From NCBI GenBank assembly GCA_027064285.1, contig JAMOPX010000174.1, positions 1-38,067 on the forward strand: a DNA stretch of 38,067 nt, written 5' to 3'. A model generated the notes under the pieces. The model was not told where the DNA came from, did no database searches, and saw only the letters and a program-made list of their open reading frames with translations. Below, one piece after another: positions 34,345 to 38,067 of this stretch; position 1 is the stretch's first letter; each line of letters begins with the position of its first letter. Source of the stretch: Desulfobacterales bacterium (GTDB taxonomy: Bacteria; Desulfobacterota; DSM-4660; Desulfatiglandales; JALVZP01). The position numbers were made by a program, and so were the translations under genes.

Positions 34345-36822
34345 ATGCCAGATATTTCTTTTCCATATATACTTCCTTTAAAACCAAGTTTTCTTACACA
34401 TAAATTTCTTCATCTACTTTTTAAACACATAAACATCGACAAGGAATTTGCAGAGAAATTGAAATCTATATCAAAAGAAGGGGTAGTAATTTATGTAGCA
34501 AAATATGCTTCTTATTTTGATCTTTTACTATATCATTATTGCTTACGCAAAGCCAGACTCCCTTATCCAAGACTTTTTTTTGATATAAATTTAATGCCTT
34601 ATATCTCTATAACTGAGCTTGGTAAATTAATAGCTTCATATACAAAATTTTTTCTTAAAAATGGTTCTTTTCCTTCACCTTATGAAACAGGTTTTTATAA
34701 GCATCTTCTTAAGAAGAAGCTTACTTCTATGGTTTTTCTTATAAATCCAACTCGATTCTCTCATTATTTCGTAGAAAAAAAAACAGATCCAATAGATTAT
34801 TTAATACAATTTCAAAAAAACCTTTCTTTTCCTATATATATAGTGCCTATTATAATATTCTATAAAAGTGATCCAGAAAAATCCCCTTCTTGGATATCTA
34901 ACCTATTGTTTTCTTATAGAGATAAACCCGGATTTATAACCAAGATAGCCCTTTTTTTTAAACAGTATAGAAAAGCACTCATAGATATTGGGGAACCTAT
35001 AAATTTAAAGAATTATATACAAGACCATGATGCACAGGAGCTTTCCTATAAGCTGAGAAATGAACTTATGGATATAATAGATCGCCATAAAAGAGCTGTT
35101 TTGGGGCCAGTAGTTAAGTCAAAAGCCCAAATAAAAGAGTTGGTGTTAAGAGATATTAAAATTGAAGAAGCAATTTATAAAATGGCAAAAAATGACAAAA
35201 AAAAGATAAAAGAGTTAAAAAAGAAAGCAGAAAGCTATTTTGAAGAAATAGCTTCAGACTACAACATAACTTATATAATTATATTCTATAAGCTTTTGAC
35301 ATGGTTTTGGAAAAAAATTTTTCAAGGTATAGAGGTGCCAGAATCTGATTTCAGTCTTATAAGGAGCTGGACAAAAAAGGGATATCCTGTGGTTTATGTG
35401 CCTTCTCACAAGAGCCATGTAGATTATTTGCTTCTAAATTATCTTCTATTTGATCACCATATTCATCCTCCTCGGATTGCTGCTGGCAGAAATCTGGCTT
35501 TTTGGCCTATGGGTTATATATTTAGAAAGTGTGGAGCATTTTTTATCAGAAGATCTTTTAAGGGTGCAAAGTTATACACCCTGGTGTTTGAGCGATATAT
35601 AAAGATCCTACTCCAAGAAGGATATCCAATAGAGTTTTTTATAGAAGGAGGTAGAAGTAGAAGTGGTAAACTGGAATTTCCAAAAACTGGATTCTTATCA
35701 ATCTTATTAGAGGCATGGAAAGAAGGTTACTGTAGGGATATTGTTTTTATTCCTGTGTCAATAACCTATGATACAGTTATAGAGGAAAAGTCATATGTAA
35801 AAGAAGTAAAAGGATTAGAGAAAGAGCCGGAAAGTTTTATGCAATTACTAAAAGCCAGAAATATATTAAAAAAGAAATATGGGAAAATATATGTTAGATT
35901 TGCTAAACCAACCTTGCTCAGTGAATATTCTGCTAATCTGGATAAAAAAAATGAACTAACCAATTCTTTATCCTTTTATTTAGTAAGAGCTATTAATAAA
36001 GCAACACCGATTACTCCTATACCATTTGTATCTGTACCAATAATGACAAGACTGAGAAGTGGATTTTATATCTATGAATTAGAAGAAGCATGCAAAGCTA
36101 CTTTAGATCTTTTAAGATACTGTAATGCCCCACTAATTCCCAAGATAGAGAAAATTACTCATGTTGTACAAAATGCTATTTCTATCCTTTTAAAAAGGGA
36201 TATACTGTTTAAAATAAAAGATAAATCTCAAAACAATTTTTTATATTATTTAAATAAAAAAAAGAGTTTTGAACTTAGTTATTACAAAAATAATATAATA
36301 CATTTTTTTATACCATACTCTTTTGTGGCCATTTCTCTTCTTTCTTCTCAGGGTGAGATAACCAGTGTTAATCGAATAAAAAAGGACTACTTAATACTTA
36401 AAAAGCTTTTTAAATATGAATTTATTTATGGTAAAGAGGCGGAAGAAGAGATCGAAGAAGCATTAACCTATTTTTATGAAAAGGCTTATTTAAGCTATGA
36501 AAGTGATGGTTTTAGACTCACAGTCAAGGGTAGAAAAACAATTATAATGTGGGCGGAACTATTGAGAAATTATATAGAAGCTTATTGGATTGCTATAAGA
36601 GTATTTAATACACAGAAGAAAAGAATAAGAGAAAAAGAACTGCTAAAAAAAATGAAAACCGAAGGAGAAAACTTGTATAAACTTCATATAATAAAATGCT
36701 TAGATTCTATTTCATATCCTATGTTTAGAAATGCTCTTAAATATATAAAGAGAAATATTTCACTTGAAGAAATCCCTCATCTTTCTCAATGGTTGTTTTC
36801 TCTTTTACAGAAATTTTCATAA
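34345..36822 (+). CDS. plsB: Glycerol-3-phosphate acyltransferase
   Basis: 825 aa. Acyltransferase motif I HKSHVDYLLL (HX4D), FFIRR, and motif III FIEGGRSRSGK. Confidence 0.85.
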   Translation: MPDISFPYILPLKPSFLTHKFLHLLFKHINIDKEFAEKLKSISKEGVVIYVAKYASYFDLLLYHYCLRKARLPYPRLFFDINLMPYISITELGKLIASYTKFFLKNGSFPSPYETGFYKHLLKKKLTSMVFLINPTRFSHYFVEKKTDPIDYLIQFQKNLSFPIYIVPIIIFYKSDPEKSPSWISNLLFSYRDKPGFITKIALFFKQYRKALIDIGEPINLKNYIQDHDAQELSYKLRNELMDIIDRHKRAVLGPVVKSKAQIKELVLRDIKIEEAIYKMAKNDKKKIKELKKKAESYFEEIASDYNITYIIIFYKLLTWFWKKIFQGIEVPESDFSLIRSWTKKGYPVVYVPSHKSHVDYLLLNYLLFDHHIHPPRIAAGRNLAFWPMGYIFRKCGAFFIRRSFKGAKLYTLVFERYIKILLQEGYPIEFFIEGGRSRSGKLEFPKTGFLSILLEAWKEGYCRDIVFIPVSITYDTVIEEKSYVKEVKGLEKEPESFMQLLKARNILKKKYGKIYVRFAKPTLLSEYSANLDKKNELTNSLSFYLVRAINKATPITPIPFVSVPIMTRLRSGFYIYELEEACKATLDLLRYCNAPLIPKIEKITHVVQNAISILLKRDILFKIKDKSQNNFLYYLNKKKSFELSYYKNNIIHFFIPYSFVAISLLSSQGEITSVNRIKKDYLILKKLFKYEFIYGKEAEEEIEEALTYFYEKAYLSYESDGFRLTVKGRKTIIMWAELLRNYIEAYWIAIRVFNTQKKRIREKELLKKMKTEGENLYKLHIIKCLDSISYPMFRNALKYIKRNISLEEIPHLSQWLFSLLQKFS

Positions 36823-36863
36823 TATAGTCATCTGCATAATTGCGAATAACTATAAATGTAATA

Positions 36864-37260
36864 ATAACAGACCTTATGCAAAAGTTTCTGTCTTATCTGT
36901 ATGCAGTATAGGGGTAAGACTGGAAGTGGAATAGGGGCAAGGGGGTTTTTCGAATGCGACTGTCGGAAGGGCGCTGTCTCTTCTCTGACTTATCTGTGGG
37001 GGAAACCGCAGCCCGTCACTCAAGTTTCTCCAAAACAAGCATATTCCTTTACCAGACATCCAAGTCCATGCATGGGTAAGTATATTTGATTAACAGCTGA
37101 GTGACGGGAATGCAGAGGGGGCAGATATCCCCCGCAAATAAGTCAGAGAAGAGCCCAGCCCGAGAGACTCAGAGCAAACGAAAAACCTTTTTGACCCAAT
37201 ACCACATTCGTTGTTATTCTTCCCTTGTGAGATAAACCATTTTGCGTAAGGTCAGATAAT
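36864..37260 (+). repeat. ~400-bp GC-rich foldback element, copy B
   Basis: Collinear with copy A in the same orientation. A 76-nt block (36989-37064) is identical to 13475-13550 and there is a further 31-nt identical block. Terminal inverted repeats agaccttatgcaaaag / cttttgcgtaaggtcag. Confidence 0.8.
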
Positions 37261-37305
37261 AAATTTAGTATTTCACAAAATTTTATGTTTTGCGGAATAC
37301 TGTAA

Positions 37306-37641
37306 TTATTTTTTAAAATTTTTTAGATCTATTACTTTAGAAGAATGTTGTTCTTTAAAGGATTTTTTATTTTGTGGTTGTTGAGTATCTGCTAACTTAT
37401 CCTCTAAATTGCTTATTTCTATTTCTCCAAGTCTTAGTGGCACCCCTCCCATAGTGAATGTGGCACCATTTATATATTCTTCTTTCAATATCCATCGTAC
37501 TATCTGAGCAGGTATGCTCAAAACAAGTAAATCCACTTGATACCATCCTTCTTTTATATCAGGTTCAATCTTTTCTATTCTGGCATATACTGTAGGCTTG
37601 CCCATATAATATATCAAAACAAGATCTCCCATCTTTCTCAT
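37306..37641 (-). CDS. 111-aa hypothetical protein
   Basis: Clean ORF with a plausible RBS (GGAGGCTAAGAAATG on the - strand). I recognise no family. Confidence 0.45.
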   Translation of the reverse strand: MRKMGDLVLIYYMGKPTVYARIEKIEPDIKEGWYQVDLLVLSIPAQIVRWILKEEYINGATFTMGGVPLRLGEIEISNLEDKLADTQQPQNKKSFKEQHSSKVIDLKNFKK

Positions 37642-37770
37642 TTCTTAGCCTCCAGTTAATTGATTTTTTTATCTTTATATGTTAGTGAAACATTTATCTT
37701 TATCCAAGTAAAAAATTATGAGGCCATATGAGGCTGTTTGAAATAATTTTCGAACAGCCTCAAAATAATA

Positions 37771-37798
37771 TTGACTTTTATTGTATTTTAGTTAAAAT
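37771..37798 (+). promoter_or_regulatory. Promoter of the tRNA cluster (TTGACT-N16-TAAAAT)
   Basis: TTGACT at 37771-37776 and TAAAAT at 37793-37798. The first tRNA starts at 37810. Confidence 0.55.
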
Positions 37799-37809
37799 TT
37801 CATATGAAT

Positions 37810-37882
37810 GCCAGCGTAGCTCAGCAGGTAGAGCAACTGATTTGTAATCAGTAGGTCGGGGGTTCAATTCCCTCCGCTGGCT
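37810..37882 (+). tRNA. tRNA-Thr (anticodon UGU)
   Basis: Acceptor gccagcg/cgctggc, anticodon stem actga/tcagt, loop ttTGTaa. Confidence 0.9.
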
Positions 37883-37890
37883 TAAAGGAT

Positions 37891-37973
37891 GGAGAGGTGC
37901 CCGAGTTGGACAAAGGGGGCGGACTGTAAATCCGCTGGCTCAGCCTTCGGAGGTTCGAATCCTCCCCTCTCCA
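37891..37973 (+). tRNA. tRNA-Tyr (anticodon GUA), long variable arm
   Basis: Acceptor ggagagg/cctctcc, anticodon loop ctGTAaa, type II variable arm. Confidence 0.9.
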
Positions 37974-37980
37974 TATATAA

Positions 37981-38054
37981 GCGGGAATAGCTCAGCTGGT
38001 TAGAGCATCAGCCTTCCAAGCTGAGGGTCGCGGGTTCGAATCCCGTTTCCCGCT
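37981..38054 (+). tRNA. tRNA-Gly (anticodon UCC)
   Basis: Acceptor gcgggaa/ttcccgc, anticodon stem tcagc/gctga, loop ctTCCaa. The Thr-Tyr-Gly order matches the thrU-tyrU-glyT arrangement that precedes tuf in many bacteria. Confidence 0.9.
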
Positions 38055-38067
38055 TTATTTTTGATTT

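Noticed and set aside
37730-37761. A hairpin gaggctgtttg-N10-cgaacagcctc between the 111-aa ORF and the tRNA cluster.
   Set aside because: No T-run follows it on either strand, and it lies upstream of both divergent transcription units. It is therefore not a terminator. It may be an operator, but I have no supporting evidence.
1-38067. A search for CRISPR arrays, cas genes, prophage modules, transposases, integrases, toxin-antitoxin pairs and restriction-modification genes.
   Set aside because: I saw no regularly spaced short direct repeats. No ORF has recognisable motifs of these classes. The only repeats are the foldback family and its fragments.

Overview
AT-rich bacterial chromosomal window, densely coded. 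My guess, not verified, is an anaerobic and probably thermophilic lineage such as a Thermodesulfovibrio-like sulfate reducer. Left to right: a truncated TPR membrane protein; a secreted C39-like cysteine peptidase with a PEP-CTERM-like tail; a complete bcsA-B-Z-C cellulose synthase operon (- strand); a two-gene sHSP operon; tRNA-Lys; a seven-gene operon of a tetrahaem cytochrome c plus rnfCDGEAB, in which RnfB is fused to a GltD-like flavoprotein module; rseC; an EndoIII-like gene; flavodoxin; an HU/IHF gene; a long-form SRP RNA; an MsbA-like ABC exporter; cstA; an EF-G paralogue coupled to a small RecA/KaiC-like ATPase; a third sHSP; mfd; ldcA; plsB; and a tRNA Thr-Tyr-Gly cluster. There is no CRISPR array, phage module, transposase or integrase. 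The most unusual signal is non-coding. Two ~400-bp GC-rich foldback elements (13348-13750 and 36864-37260) belong to one family. A third member is an 87-bp ends-only derivative (11448-11534), and solo end fragments flank tRNA-Lys. I cannot assign these to any RNA or IS family I know. They could be a structured RNA gene or a non-autonomous mobile element. Secondary points of interest are the atypical Rnf architecture (cytochrome c leader, RnfC with degenerate NADH/FMN motifs, RnfB-flavoprotein fusion) and the EF-G paralogue/ATPase pair.
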